A stretch of DNA of 64,000 nt, taken from an uncultured Hyphomicrobiales bacterium. Its GTDB lineage: Bacteria; Pseudomonadota; Alphaproteobacteria; Reyranellales; JAQSWP01. The stretch spans positions 1,001,205-1,065,204 of the forward strand of contig CAYLYK010000001.1 in NCBI GenBank assembly GCA_964388115.1, given 5' to 3'. Shown piece by piece: positions 9,897 through 18,461 of the stretch. The notes under the pieces were generated by a model. The model made no database searches. It was not told the DNA's origin and was given only the letters and a program-made list of their open reading frames with translations. Made by a program: the position numbers and the translations under genes. Each line of letters starts with the position of its first letter. The first letter of the stretch is position 1.

Positions 9897-10938
9897 GCGG
9901 GCGGAGCGCAAAGTCAGCGTCGGCGGCGACACGCTGCTGCAGGTGCGCGACCTGAAGCGTTATTTCGACGTTTCGCCGCCGTGGTTGAACCGCGTACTGG
10001 AGGGCAAGCCCGAGCAGATCGTGCGCGCCGTCGACGGCATCGATTTCGACATCGCACGCGGCGAGACGCTGTCGCTGGTGGGCGAATCGGGTTGCGGCAA
10101 GTCGACGATCGCGCGGCTGATCGTCGGCCTCTACCGGCCAAGCGGCGGCACCATCGCCTTCGAGGGCCGCGTGCTCGATCCGTCGATCAAGCGCCAGGAC
10201 ATGGCCTTGATGCGTCGACGCATGCAGATGATCTTCCAGGACCCCTTCGCCAGCCTCAATCCGCGCTGGCGGGTGTTCGATATCGTCGCCGAGCCGATCC
10301 GCGCCTTCAAACTGGCGAACTCCAAGGCCGCAATAACCGACCGCGTGGGCGATCTGCTGCGCCAAGTGCGGCTGACGCCGGCCGACGGGCTGAAATATCC
10401 GCACGAATTCTCCGGCGGCCAGCGCCAGCGCATCTCCATCGCCCGCGCTCTTGCCAGCGAGCCGGAGTTCCTGGTTTGCGACGAGCCGACCTCGGCGCTC
10501 GACGTCTCGGTGCAGGCGCAGATCCTGAACTTGATGAAGGATCTGCAGCGCCAGTTCGGGCTGACCTATCTGTTCATCTCGCACAATCTGGCGGTGGTCT
10601 ACAACATCTCGACCCGCGTCGGCGTCATGTATCTGGGCCGGCTGGTCGAACTGTCGGATACCAAGACGCTGTTCTATCGGCCCAAGCATCCCTATACGCG
10701 CATGCTGCTGGACACGATCCCCGATCTGGAGATGACGGGCCGCCAGCGCACCCCGGTGGGCGGCGAAGTGCCGAGCCCGATCAACCCGCCTCCGGGCTGC
10801 GCCTTCAACCCCCGCTGCCCCTATGCCAATGAGCGGTGTCGGGTGGAGATCCCCAAGCCTTATCCCATCGAGGGCGGCATGGTTGCCTGCCATGCCATCG
10901 AGGAAGGCCGGCTGGGCGTGGAACAGCGTACTCCGTAA
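9889..10938 (+). CDS. ABC transporter ATP-binding protein (DppF-like)
   Basis: Walker A GESGCGKS, signature FSGGQRQR, Walker B LVCDEPTSALD. The ATG at 9889 overlaps the upstream stop. Confidence 0.92.
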   Translation: MAERAERKVSVGGDTLLQVRDLKRYFDVSPPWLNRVLEGKPEQIVRAVDGIDFDIARGETLSLVGESGCGKSTIARLIVGLYRPSGGTIAFEGRVLDPSIKRQDMALMRRRMQMIFQDPFASLNPRWRVFDIVAEPIRAFKLANSKAAITDRVGDLLRQVRLTPADGLKYPHEFSGGQRQRISIARALASEPEFLVCDEPTSALDVSVQAQILNLMKDLQRQFGLTYLFISHNLAVVYNISTRVGVMYLGRLVELSDTKTLFYRPKHPYTRMLLDTIPDLEMTGRQRTPVGGEVPSPINPPPGCAFNPRCPYANERCRVEIPKPYPIEGGMVACHAIEEGRLGVEQRTP

Positions 10939-10961
10939 CGAAATCTGCCCTGATACGGCCC

Positions 10962-10975
10962 TTGATTTCGATCAT
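10962..10975. promoter_or_regulatory. FNR/FixK-like box TTGATTTCGATCAT (9/10 match to TTGAT-N4-ATCAA)
   Basis: Read directly. Its centre is about 62 nt upstream of the usp ATG at 11030. Confidence 0.45.
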
Positions 10976-11029
10976 TCCGCTGCCCGGAGAATCGGCGCAT
11001 GCTGGAACGACGCAATAGGGAGGGCGGCT

Positions 11030-11869
11030 ATGGCCTACAAGACCATTCTCGTTAACTGCGACACGGCGCCGACAAACGACAAGCGCGTCGAAACGGCAGC
11101 GGAATTGGCGCGGGCCAGCGGTGCGCATCTGGCCGGGCTTTTCCTGCGCAGCAACATCGTTCTGCCGGCCTATCTGGAAGCGGGCATCAGCCCCGACCTG
11201 ATCCTGTTGCAGGAGAAACGCGGCAAGGAGCTGTCGGCCAAAGCCAAGACGGCGTTTGACGCGATCTGCAATCGCATCGGCGTGGCGGGCGAATGGCGCG
11301 ATACGCAGGGCGACGTTTACGAGCTGGCGGCGATGCATGCGCGCTACGCCGACCTCGTCGTCATGGGGCAGTTCGACAGCAAGCTGGCTGACCCCGACGT
11401 CATTCCCGATCTGCCCGAGACAGTGGCGTTGCGCGCCGGCCGGCCGGTCCTGATCCTGCCCTATATCGGCTACAAGAACCCTTTGATGGGCGGCCACGTC
11501 ATGGTGGCGTGGAATGCCAGCCGCGAAGCAACCCGCGCGGTCAGCGATGCGATGCCCTTCCTGCAGGCCGCCAAGGCAGTGACGGTGATGGCGGTCAATC
11601 CCCGCGCCGGCGCACGCGGCCATGGCGAGGACCCCGGCGCCGATATCGCGCTGTTCCTGGCGCGGCACGGCGTGAAGGTTACGGCGTCCTTCACGGTTTC
11701 GGACGACGCTGATCCGGGTGATATCATCCTCTCGCGCATCGCCGATCTGGGCATCGATCTGCTTGTGATGGGGGCCTATGGCCATTCGCGGCTGCGCGAA
11801 CTGGTGATCGGCGGGGTGACGCGCAAGATCCTTGGCTCCATGACCGCGCCGGTGCTGATGAGCCACTAG
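11030..11869 (+). CDS. Universal stress protein, tandem UspA domains
   Basis: MAYKTILVNCD start preceded by GGGAGG. The C-terminus DLLVMGAYGHSRLRELVIGGVTRKIL...APVLMSH is a classic USP motif. Confidence 0.85.
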   Translation: MAYKTILVNCDTAPTNDKRVETAAELARASGAHLAGLFLRSNIVLPAYLEAGISPDLILLQEKRGKELSAKAKTAFDAICNRIGVAGEWRDTQGDVYELAAMHARYADLVVMGQFDSKLADPDVIPDLPETVALRAGRPVLILPYIGYKNPLMGGHVMVAWNASREATRAVSDAMPFLQAAKAVTVMAVNPRAGARGHGEDPGADIALFLARHGVKVTASFTVSDDADPGDIILSRIADLGIDLLVMGAYGHSRLRELVIGGVTRKILGSMTAPVLMSH

Positions 11870-11875
11870 CAGGAA

Positions 11876-12784
11876 ATGATCGTCGTCTTCGGCTCGATCA
11901 TCGTCGACCATCTCTTCGCCGTGCCGGTTTTACCCCGGCGCGGCGAAACCGTTTTGGGCGAACGCTACCGCGTGATGCCAGGCGGCAAGGGCGCCAACCA
12001 GGCGCTGGCGGCGGCGCGCGATGGCGCCGACGTCGAACTGGTCGGTGCTGTCGGCAACGATCATCTGGCGCTGCTGGCCTTGGAAGGCGTGCGCAACGCC
12101 GGCGTGAAGCTTGCCGGCATTCGCACTGTCGATCTGCCGACCGGCGCGGCGGCGGTCGGGATCGATCCGCACGGCGACAACCAGATCATGGTGGCGGCCG
12201 GCGCCAATCTGGCGGCATCGGCAGATTGGCTCGACGGCGTGCTGTCGCCGGGAAAGATCCTCGTCTTGCAGCGCGAACTGGCCCAGGCCGAGACGGAGCG
12301 CGCCATAGCCAAAGCCAAAGCAGCGGGCTGCCGCGTCGTTCTCAATCTGGCGCCGGCGCTACCATTGGCGCTGGAAGCATTGCGGACGGTCGATATTCTG
12401 GTCGTCAACGAAATCGAGGCGGCGGCTTTGGCAAATACGGTTGGCCTTCCCCGATCCGATGCCCGTTCGCTGTCGCAAACGCTCGATGTACGCGTCATCG
12501 TCACTTTGGGCGAGCAAGGCGCGCAAAGCTGCGAGCGGGATCGGTTCTGGCGTACGCCGGCGCTGAAGATCGCTGTCGTCGATACCACCGGAGCGGGAGA
12601 CGCGTTCGTGGGCGTTCTGGCGGCAGCGCTGCAGCGCGGCCTGACGCTCGATCAGGCGGTGCGCCGCGCCTGCGTCGCCGGCAGCCTGTCCTGCCGCGCC
12701 ACCGGCGCGCAGGCCGCTTTGCCCGGCAGCGCCGCGATCGAGGCCGGATTGCGGGATTTGGGGCCGGATTCGCCCGAACCTTGA
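11876..12784 (+). CDS. Ribokinase / PfkB-family carbohydrate kinase
   Basis: MIVVFGSIIVDH...GGKGANQALAAAR...DTTGAGDAFVG are the PfkB signatures. Confidence 0.85.
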   Translation: MIVVFGSIIVDHLFAVPVLPRRGETVLGERYRVMPGGKGANQALAAARDGADVELVGAVGNDHLALLALEGVRNAGVKLAGIRTVDLPTGAAAVGIDPHGDNQIMVAAGANLAASADWLDGVLSPGKILVLQRELAQAETERAIAKAKAAGCRVVLNLAPALPLALEALRTVDILVVNEIEAAALANTVGLPRSDARSLSQTLDVRVIVTLGEQGAQSCERDRFWRTPALKIAVVDTTGAGDAFVGVLAAALQRGLTLDQAVRRACVAGSLSCRATGAQAALPGSAAIEAGLRDLGPDSPEP

Positions 12785-12838
12785 TCTTCCGGGCATAGCG
12801 GCTAAGCTTCGCCAAACCCTGACCCTCGGGAGAAATTC

Positions 12839-14032
12839 ATGCCGATTCTCAACCGCATCGCCGAATTCCATAAGGACATGGAGGCCTGGCGGCACGACAT
12901 CCACCAGCACCCCGAAACCGCCTTCGAGGAACACCGCACGGCGGACGTGGTGGCCAAGCGGCTGGAGTCCTTTGGCATCGAAGTGCATCGCGGCCTGGCC
13001 AAGACCGGCGTCGTCGGCGTGCTGAAAGCGGGCAGCGGCAGGCGGGCCATCGGCCTTCGCGCCGACATGGACGCGCTGGACGTGCACGAGACCAACGAAT
13101 TCGATCACGCGTCCAAGATTCCCGGCAAGATGCATGCCTGCGGCCATGACGGCCACACCACCATGCTGCTGGGCGCGGCCAAGTATCTGGCCGAGACCAA
13201 GAACTTCGACGGCACGGTCTATTTCATCTTCCAGCCGGCGGAGGAAAACGAAGGCGGCGGCCGCGTTATGGTCGAGGAAGGTCTGTTCGACAAGTTCCCC
13301 GCCGAGCAGGTTTACGGCATGCACAACATTCCGGGCATTCCCGTCGGCCAGTTCGCCGTCCGTCCCGGCCCGATGATGGCCGCCTACGATATTTTCGAGA
13401 TCACCATCAATGGCGTCGGCGCCCACGGGGCCATGCCGCATCAGGGCGTCGATCCGGTGATGATCGGCTCGCAAATCGTGGTGGCACTGCAGGCCATCGT
13501 CAGCCGCTATACCGATCCGATGGACACGGCGGTGGTCTCCACCACGCAGTTCCACAGCGGCGACGCCTGGAACGTCATTCCGCAGACCGCCGTGCTGCGC
13601 GGCACGGTGCGCACCTTCAAGGCTGAGGTGCAGGATCGCGTGCAGCGGCAGATCGAGGAGATCAGCCGCGCCGTGGCCAAGGGTTTTGGCGCCACCATCG
13701 GCTGGCGCTACGAGCGCCGCTATCCCGCCACCGTCAACTCAGAGCAGGAGACCGAGATCGCCGCCCGCGCTGCTTCTACGGTCGCGGGCCTCAGCAAGGT
13801 CAATCGCAACCCGACGCCGGCCATGGGTTCGGAAGATTTCGCCTTCATGCTGCAGGCCAAGCCGGGCTGCTACATCTGGATCGGCAACGGCGACAAGCCG
13901 GGGTCGTGCATGATCCATAACCCCGGCTACGATTTCAACGACGAGATCCTGCCGCTGGGCGCCTCATATTGGGCGACTCTGGTCGAGCAGGAACTGTCGA
14001 AGGACGTGCAGCGCAAGCAGGCTGCCGAATAG
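12839..14032 (+). CDS. M20-family amidohydrolase (aminoacylase / hippurate hydrolase-like)
   Basis: RHDIHQHPE...GLRADMDAL...MHACGHDGHTTMLLGAAKYL...FQPAEE. Confidence 0.9.
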   Translation: MPILNRIAEFHKDMEAWRHDIHQHPETAFEEHRTADVVAKRLESFGIEVHRGLAKTGVVGVLKAGSGRRAIGLRADMDALDVHETNEFDHASKIPGKMHACGHDGHTTMLLGAAKYLAETKNFDGTVYFIFQPAEENEGGGRVMVEEGLFDKFPAEQVYGMHNIPGIPVGQFAVRPGPMMAAYDIFEITINGVGAHGAMPHQGVDPVMIGSQIVVALQAIVSRYTDPMDTAVVSTTQFHSGDAWNVIPQTAVLRGTVRTFKAEVQDRVQRQIEEISRAVAKGFGATIGWRYERRYPATVNSEQETEIAARAASTVAGLSKVNRNPTPAMGSEDFAFMLQAKPGCYIWIGNGDKPGSCMIHNPGYDFNDEILPLGASYWATLVEQELSKDVQRKQAAE

Positions 14033-14053
14033 AACTTCGCTTTTCACAGGGAG

Positions 14054-14079
14054 AAGGGCGTCGCTGTCGCGGCGCCCTT
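14054..14079. terminator. Hairpin between convergent genes (possible bidirectional terminator)
   Basis: AAGGGCG-N12-CGCCCTT forms a 7-bp stem followed by TGTCGTT. It lies in the 53-nt gap between the M20 stop and the permease stop. Confidence 0.45.
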
Positions 14080-14085
14080 TGTCGT

Positions 14086-15003
14086 TCAGGCGCTCCGCCG
14101 ATCGAGTGCCCGCGGATCGAGCGCATCCTGCAGCCCGTCGCCAACGAAGTTAAAAGCCACCACCGTTATGAAAATCAGCAGGCCGGGCCAGATCGCCAGC
14201 ATCGGGCTGGACCAGATGAGTTCCTGCGCATTGGTCAGCATGTTGCCCCAGGACGCCAGCGGCGCCTGCACGCCCAGGCCGAGAAAGCTCAGCACCGATT
14301 CGAACAGGATGATGCTGCCCACCGACATGGTAGTGGCGACCACGACCGGCGACAGGGCGTTGGGCAGGATGTGTCGCGCCATGATGCGCAAGGGGCCGGC
14401 GCCTAGTGCTGTGGCGGCGCGAACGTAATCCCGCGTCTTCAGCGACAGGGTCATGCCGCGCACCAGCCGCGCCACCGTGGTCCAGCCGAACAGGCTGACG
14501 ATCACCACGATCTGGTACAGCGACATCGAGGGCGAGCGCGCCAGTTCGGCGGGGATGCCCAGTTTGGCAAGATCGACGGCGCTGAGCAGGATCAGCAGCG
14601 GCAGCACTGGCAGGGCGATGACGATATCGGTCAGCCGCATCAGCAGCGCATCCCAGCGTCCGCCGATATAGCCCGCCAGCACGCCGATGATCGAACCCGC
14701 GACGGCGGCGATTAAAGCGGCAGCGATACCGACCAGCAGCGATATGCGTCCACCCTGCAGCAGGCGCAGGAACAGATCGCGCCCCAGATCGTCGGTACCC
14801 AGCCAGTGCCGCCAGGATGGCGGCTCCAGTCGGGTGAGCAGATCGGCGGCGTTGGGATCAATGTTGCGGATCTCGGCGATCAAGGGGGCGGCGAGCGACA
14901 GTAGTGCCAGCAGGAACAGCAGGGCCAGACTTGCGACAGCGAAGCCATTGCGCCGAAATCGCCGCCAGAAATCGCCGGCGTAATGCGAAGAGGCCTGCGT
15001 CAT
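14086..15003 (-). CDS. ABC transporter permease (DppC-like)
   Basis: Start MTQASSHYAGDFWRRF at 15003 overlaps the upstream stop (ATGA). The ORF-track start at 15273 is an out-of-context extension. Confidence 0.88.
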   Translation of the reverse strand: MTQASSHYAGDFWRRFRRNGFAVASLALLFLLALLSLAAPLIAEIRNIDPNAADLLTRLEPPSWRHWLGTDDLGRDLFLRLLQGGRISLLVGIAAALIAAVAGSIIGVLAGYIGGRWDALLMRLTDIVIALPVLPLLILLSAVDLAKLGIPAELARSPSMSLYQIVVIVSLFGWTTVARLVRGMTLSLKTRDYVRAATALGAGPLRIMARHILPNALSPVVVATTMSVGSIILFESVLSFLGLGVQAPLASWGNMLTNAQELIWSSPMLAIWPGLLIFITVVAFNFVGDGLQDALDPRALDRRSA

Positions 15004-15974
15004 GCCGGCTTGCCCAGCCGCACGCGCGGATCGACCCAGGTATACGCGAGGTCGGCCAGCAGACTGCCGATCAGGGTCGTCAGCGTGGCGAAAAGCAGGC
15101 CGATCAAGGCCAGGTTGTAGTCGTTGGCCTGGATGGCATCGAACATGGTTTTTCCCATGCCCGGCCAGGCGAACATGATTTCCGTGATCAGCGCGCCGGA
15201 GAACAGGCTGCCGAAGGACAGCGCCAGGATGGTCAGGATCGGCGACAGCGAATTGCGCAGCGCGTGCCGCCACACCACGCCGGTTTCCGACACGCCCTTG
15301 GCGCGGGCGGTGCGGATGAAGTCTTGCCGCAGCGTCTCGATCATCGCCGCCCGCACGTAGCGCGTATAATGGCCGATATTGGCCACGGTCAGGGTCAGGA
15401 CCGGCAACGTCAGGTGCCGCGCCTGTTCGCCCAGCGTGGCCAGGAAGCCGCCGCTGGTATCGGCGCCTGAGCCGCTGGCCGGTAACCAGCCGAGCATGAC
15501 CGCGAACAGGATGATCAGCAGCAGCGCGAGCCAGAAGGTGGGCACCGAAATGCCGGCGAAGCAGAAGAGGTTCACGGAGTTATCGAACGCGCCATAAGGC
15601 TTGCGAGCCGCTTCGATGCCCAGTGGCAGGGCGATGGCGATCGAAAGAATGAACGCAAGCCCCATCAGAACCACAGTATTGCCCAGCCGCGGCAGCAGGA
15701 CCTCGAGCGTGGGCCGCGCGAACATACGCGAAAATCCGAAATCGCCCTGCAAAGCCTGCATCAGCCAGGCCAGATAGCGCTCGTGCAAGGGCTGGTCGAG
15801 CCCGTATATGGCGCGCAGGCGGGCGATATCCTCGGGCTTGATGGCGGGATTGCCCATGAACAGCAGGTCGATCGGATCGCCCGGCATCAGGCCGATCATC
15901 AGATAGACCAGCGCCGACATCGCCAGCAGAACCACGACGATTTCCGCCAGCCGGCCGAGAAGATAGCGGCTCAT
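15000..15974 (-). CDS. ABC transporter permease (DppB-like)
   Basis: MSRYLLGRLAEIVVVLLAMSALVYL is a typical N-terminus. Multi-TM. Confidence 0.88.
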   Translation of the reverse strand: MSRYLLGRLAEIVVVLLAMSALVYLMIGLMPGDPIDLLFMGNPAIKPEDIARLRAIYGLDQPLHERYLAWLMQALQGDFGFSRMFARPTLEVLLPRLGNTVVLMGLAFILSIAIALPLGIEAARKPYGAFDNSVNLFCFAGISVPTFWLALLLIILFAVMLGWLPASGSGADTSGGFLATLGEQARHLTLPVLTLTVANIGHYTRYVRAAMIETLRQDFIRTARAKGVSETGVVWRHALRNSLSPILTILALSFGSLFSGALITEIMFAWPGMGKTMFDAIQANDYNLALIGLLFATLTTLIGSLLADLAYTWVDPRVRLGKPA

Positions 15975-16136
15975 GCGGTCAGAGTGGGTGGGCGAAACGC
16001 GACATCGCGGCAACCATACAACATTGGCGGCCGAAAAGAGAGGGCAGGGCCTGCTTGCCCGCTGCCGCGGACCTGCCCTAGGCTCATTGCGACGGGCCGC
16101 GACGGCGGCCCCAAGGAAAGCGAAAGGGAGATCGCC

Positions 16137-18080
16137 ATGGCCGAGCCGTCGGATGCCAATCCGTTGCGTCAGAAAGCGGCCGAGCCGGCCACCAAGGCGG
16201 CCAATGCCGCGTTACTCAACGAGTTGCCTTTCGATGATCGCCGGGATTACGAGGAATCGCGACGCGGCTTCATTGCCGGCCTCCCGGACGGGAAGATCGT
16301 CAGCCGCGGCGGGCTGATCTGGAATCTGGGCGCCTATGAATTCCTCGACGGGCCCAATGCGCCGCCAACGGTCAATCCAAGTCTGTGGCGCATGGCGCAG
16401 CTCAACATGGCAAGCGGCCTATTCAAGGTCACGGACGGCGTCTACCAAGTCCGTGGCCTCGACATCGCCAACATGACGGTGATCGAAGGTGATGATGGCC
16501 TGATCCTGATCGATCCCTTGACGACGGTTGAGGCGGCGGCGGCGGCGCTTGAACTCTATTATGCGCATCGACCGCAGAAGCCGGTGCGGGCGGTGATCTA
16601 CAGTCATTCGCATGTCGATCACTATGGCGGCGTCAAAGGTGTCGCGTCGGACGAGGATGTGAAAGCCGGCAAGATCGCCGTTATCGCGCCCGATGGGTTC
16701 ATGGAGGCGGTGGGCGGCGAGAACGTGCTGGCGGGCAACGCCATGACCCGTCGCGCCATGTTCCAGTTCGGCTCGCTGCTTCCCGCTGGCGAACGGGGGC
16801 AGGTCGATGCCGGTTTGGGCAAGGGCATCGCGCGCGGGCGCGTATCGCTGATCGCGCCGACCCAGGTGATAACCAGGCCGGTCGAGACGCATGTCATCGC
16901 CGGGGTCGAGATGGTGTTCCATCTGGCGCCGGGGACGGAAGCGCCTGCCGAGATGCACATGTTCATGCCCAGAGGCGGGGTGCTGAACATGGCGGAGAAC
17001 GCCACGCGGCATTTGCACAATTTCTGCCCGTTGCGCGGCTCGGTGGTGCGCGACCCCCGCATGTGGGCCTTTTATCTGGCTGATGCCATCGAGCGCTTCG
17101 GCGATCGCACCGAAGTTCTGATCGGCCAGCACCATTGGCCAACCTGGGGCCGCGAAACGATCCTCGATTTCCTCGGCCGCCAGCGCGATCTCTACAAGCA
17201 TGTGCACGATCAGACCGTGCGACTGATGAATCACGGCAAGCGACCGGCCGAGATCGCCGAGGTGCTGCGCCTGCCGCCGGGGCTGGCACGCGACTGGACG
17301 GTGCGGGGCTATTACGGAACCATCAGCCACAATTCCAAGGCGGTCTATCAGCGGTATCTGAGCTGGTATGACGGCAATCCGGCCAATCTCAATCCGTTGC
17401 CGCCGCGCCAGAACGCGGCCAAGTACGTCGAATACATGGGCGGCGCAGAGAAGATCATCGAGCGCGGCCGCGCGGATTTCGCCAAGGGCGAGTATCGCTG
17501 GGTGGCGCAGGTGATGTACCACGTCGTGTTCGCCGATCCCGACAACAAGGAGGCGCGCGAATTGATGGCCGATGCGCTGGAGCAGATGGGCTATCAGGCC
17601 GAGTCGGCGACCTGGCGCAACGCCTATTTGTTCGGCGCCCTGGAACTGCGCTTCGGCACGGTGCGCCTGCCGCCGCGGCCGATACTCAGCCCCGATCTGC
17701 TTAGCGCCATCGCCACCGACACCTTGTTCGATTTCGTTGCCGTGCGCATCGATCCGGCAAAGATCGGCACGCGCAATTTTCAGCTGAACCTGACCCTGAC
17801 CGATTCGAATGAAAAATTGCTGCTGACGCTATCGAACTGCACGCTGACGCAGCTGGTCGGCAAGCATTTACCCAAGGCCGACGCAACGGTCACCTTGACC
17901 CGGCCGGCCCTGATTTCGCTGATCGTGCGCGAGACGACCGCCGCCAAGGCGATTGAGGCCGGCGATATCAGGATCGACGGTGAGAAAGGTCTGCTCGAAA
18001 AGCTGTTCGATTCGCTCGACGATTTCGAGCTGATGTTCGACATCTTGACGCCCGGATCACAGACCGACGCTGCGCAATAA
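16137..18080 (+). CDS. Alkyl/aryl-sulfatase, MBL fold (SdsA1/BDS1-like) with C-terminal SCP2-like domain
   Basis: Start MAEPSDANPL is preceded by GAAAGGGAG. Metallo-beta-lactamase motif YSHSHVDHYGG. Long alkyl-sulfatase dimerisation/C-terminal region. Confidence 0.85.
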   Translation: MAEPSDANPLRQKAAEPATKAANAALLNELPFDDRRDYEESRRGFIAGLPDGKIVSRGGLIWNLGAYEFLDGPNAPPTVNPSLWRMAQLNMASGLFKVTDGVYQVRGLDIANMTVIEGDDGLILIDPLTTVEAAAAALELYYAHRPQKPVRAVIYSHSHVDHYGGVKGVASDEDVKAGKIAVIAPDGFMEAVGGENVLAGNAMTRRAMFQFGSLLPAGERGQVDAGLGKGIARGRVSLIAPTQVITRPVETHVIAGVEMVFHLAPGTEAPAEMHMFMPRGGVLNMAENATRHLHNFCPLRGSVVRDPRMWAFYLADAIERFGDRTEVLIGQHHWPTWGRETILDFLGRQRDLYKHVHDQTVRLMNHGKRPAEIAEVLRLPPGLARDWTVRGYYGTISHNSKAVYQRYLSWYDGNPANLNPLPPRQNAAKYVEYMGGAEKIIERGRADFAKGEYRWVAQVMYHVVFADPDNKEARELMADALEQMGYQAESATWRNAYLFGALELRFGTVRLPPRPILSPDLLSAIATDTLFDFVAVRIDPAKIGTRNFQLNLTLTDSNEKLLLTLSNCTLTQLVGKHLPKADATVTLTRPALISLIVRETTAAKAIEAGDIRIDGEKGLLEKLFDSLDDFELMFDILTPGSQTDAAQ

Positions 18081-18443
18081 TCCCCAGACGGCCAGAAGCC
18101 ACAGCGCCAGCATGCACACGGCGCCAGGCGCATAGGCGTAGCCGCGACTCTCGGCAGCGCGCAGATAGAGCGCGGCGTAGAGAATGCGGAAGGCGATGAA
18201 AGCCAAACCGATGATGGCCGCGATCTGGTCCGAGAAATAGAACGCGGCAAGCCACAGAGAGGGCAGGAAAATCGGCATCTGTTCGAGCGTATTGACCTGC
18301 ACCCGATAGGCGCGATCGAAGTCGGGGTGCCCGGCCGTGGCCGGCGCCTTGATGCCGTAACGCCACCGTGCCCAGCCGACGAGAAGGATCGTCGCCGCGT
18401 AAAGCAGTATGGCCAGCAGGGTTACGGCGGCGACATGGTGCAT
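18057..18443 (-). CDS. MAPEG-family membrane protein
   Basis: 128 aa with 4 predicted TM segments. RAYRVQVNTLEQMPIFL motif. Its 3' end overlaps the sulfatase 3' end by 24 nt. Confidence 0.75.
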   Translation of the reverse strand: MHHVAAVTLLAILLYAATILLVGWARWRYGIKAPATAGHPDFDRAYRVQVNTLEQMPIFLPSLWLAAFYFSDQIAAIIGLAFIAFRILYAALYLRAAESRGYAYAPGAVCMLALWLLAVWGLLRSVGL

Positions 18444-18461
18444 CGTCCAGCGCCTTCGGTG

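Noticed and set aside
9886-10893. 335-aa minus-strand ORF
   Set aside because: It lies antisense to the DppF-like ATPase, which has clear Walker and signature motifs. Shadow ORF.
10805-11911. 368-aa minus-strand ORF
   Set aside because: It lies antisense to the USP gene. Low-complexity R/A/G/D/H composition.
12359-13555. 398-aa minus-strand ORF
   Set aside because: It lies antisense to the ribokinase and M20 genes. No motifs.
15783-16136. N-terminal 118-codon extension of the alkyl-sulfatase ORF (765-aa track call)
   Set aside because: The extension overlaps the permease gene on the opposite strand and looks non-native. The ATG at 16137 has a GGGAG RBS and begins the conserved region.
16419-17522. 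367-aa minus-strand ORF
   Set aside because: It lies antisense to the alkyl-sulfatase gene. Shadow ORF.
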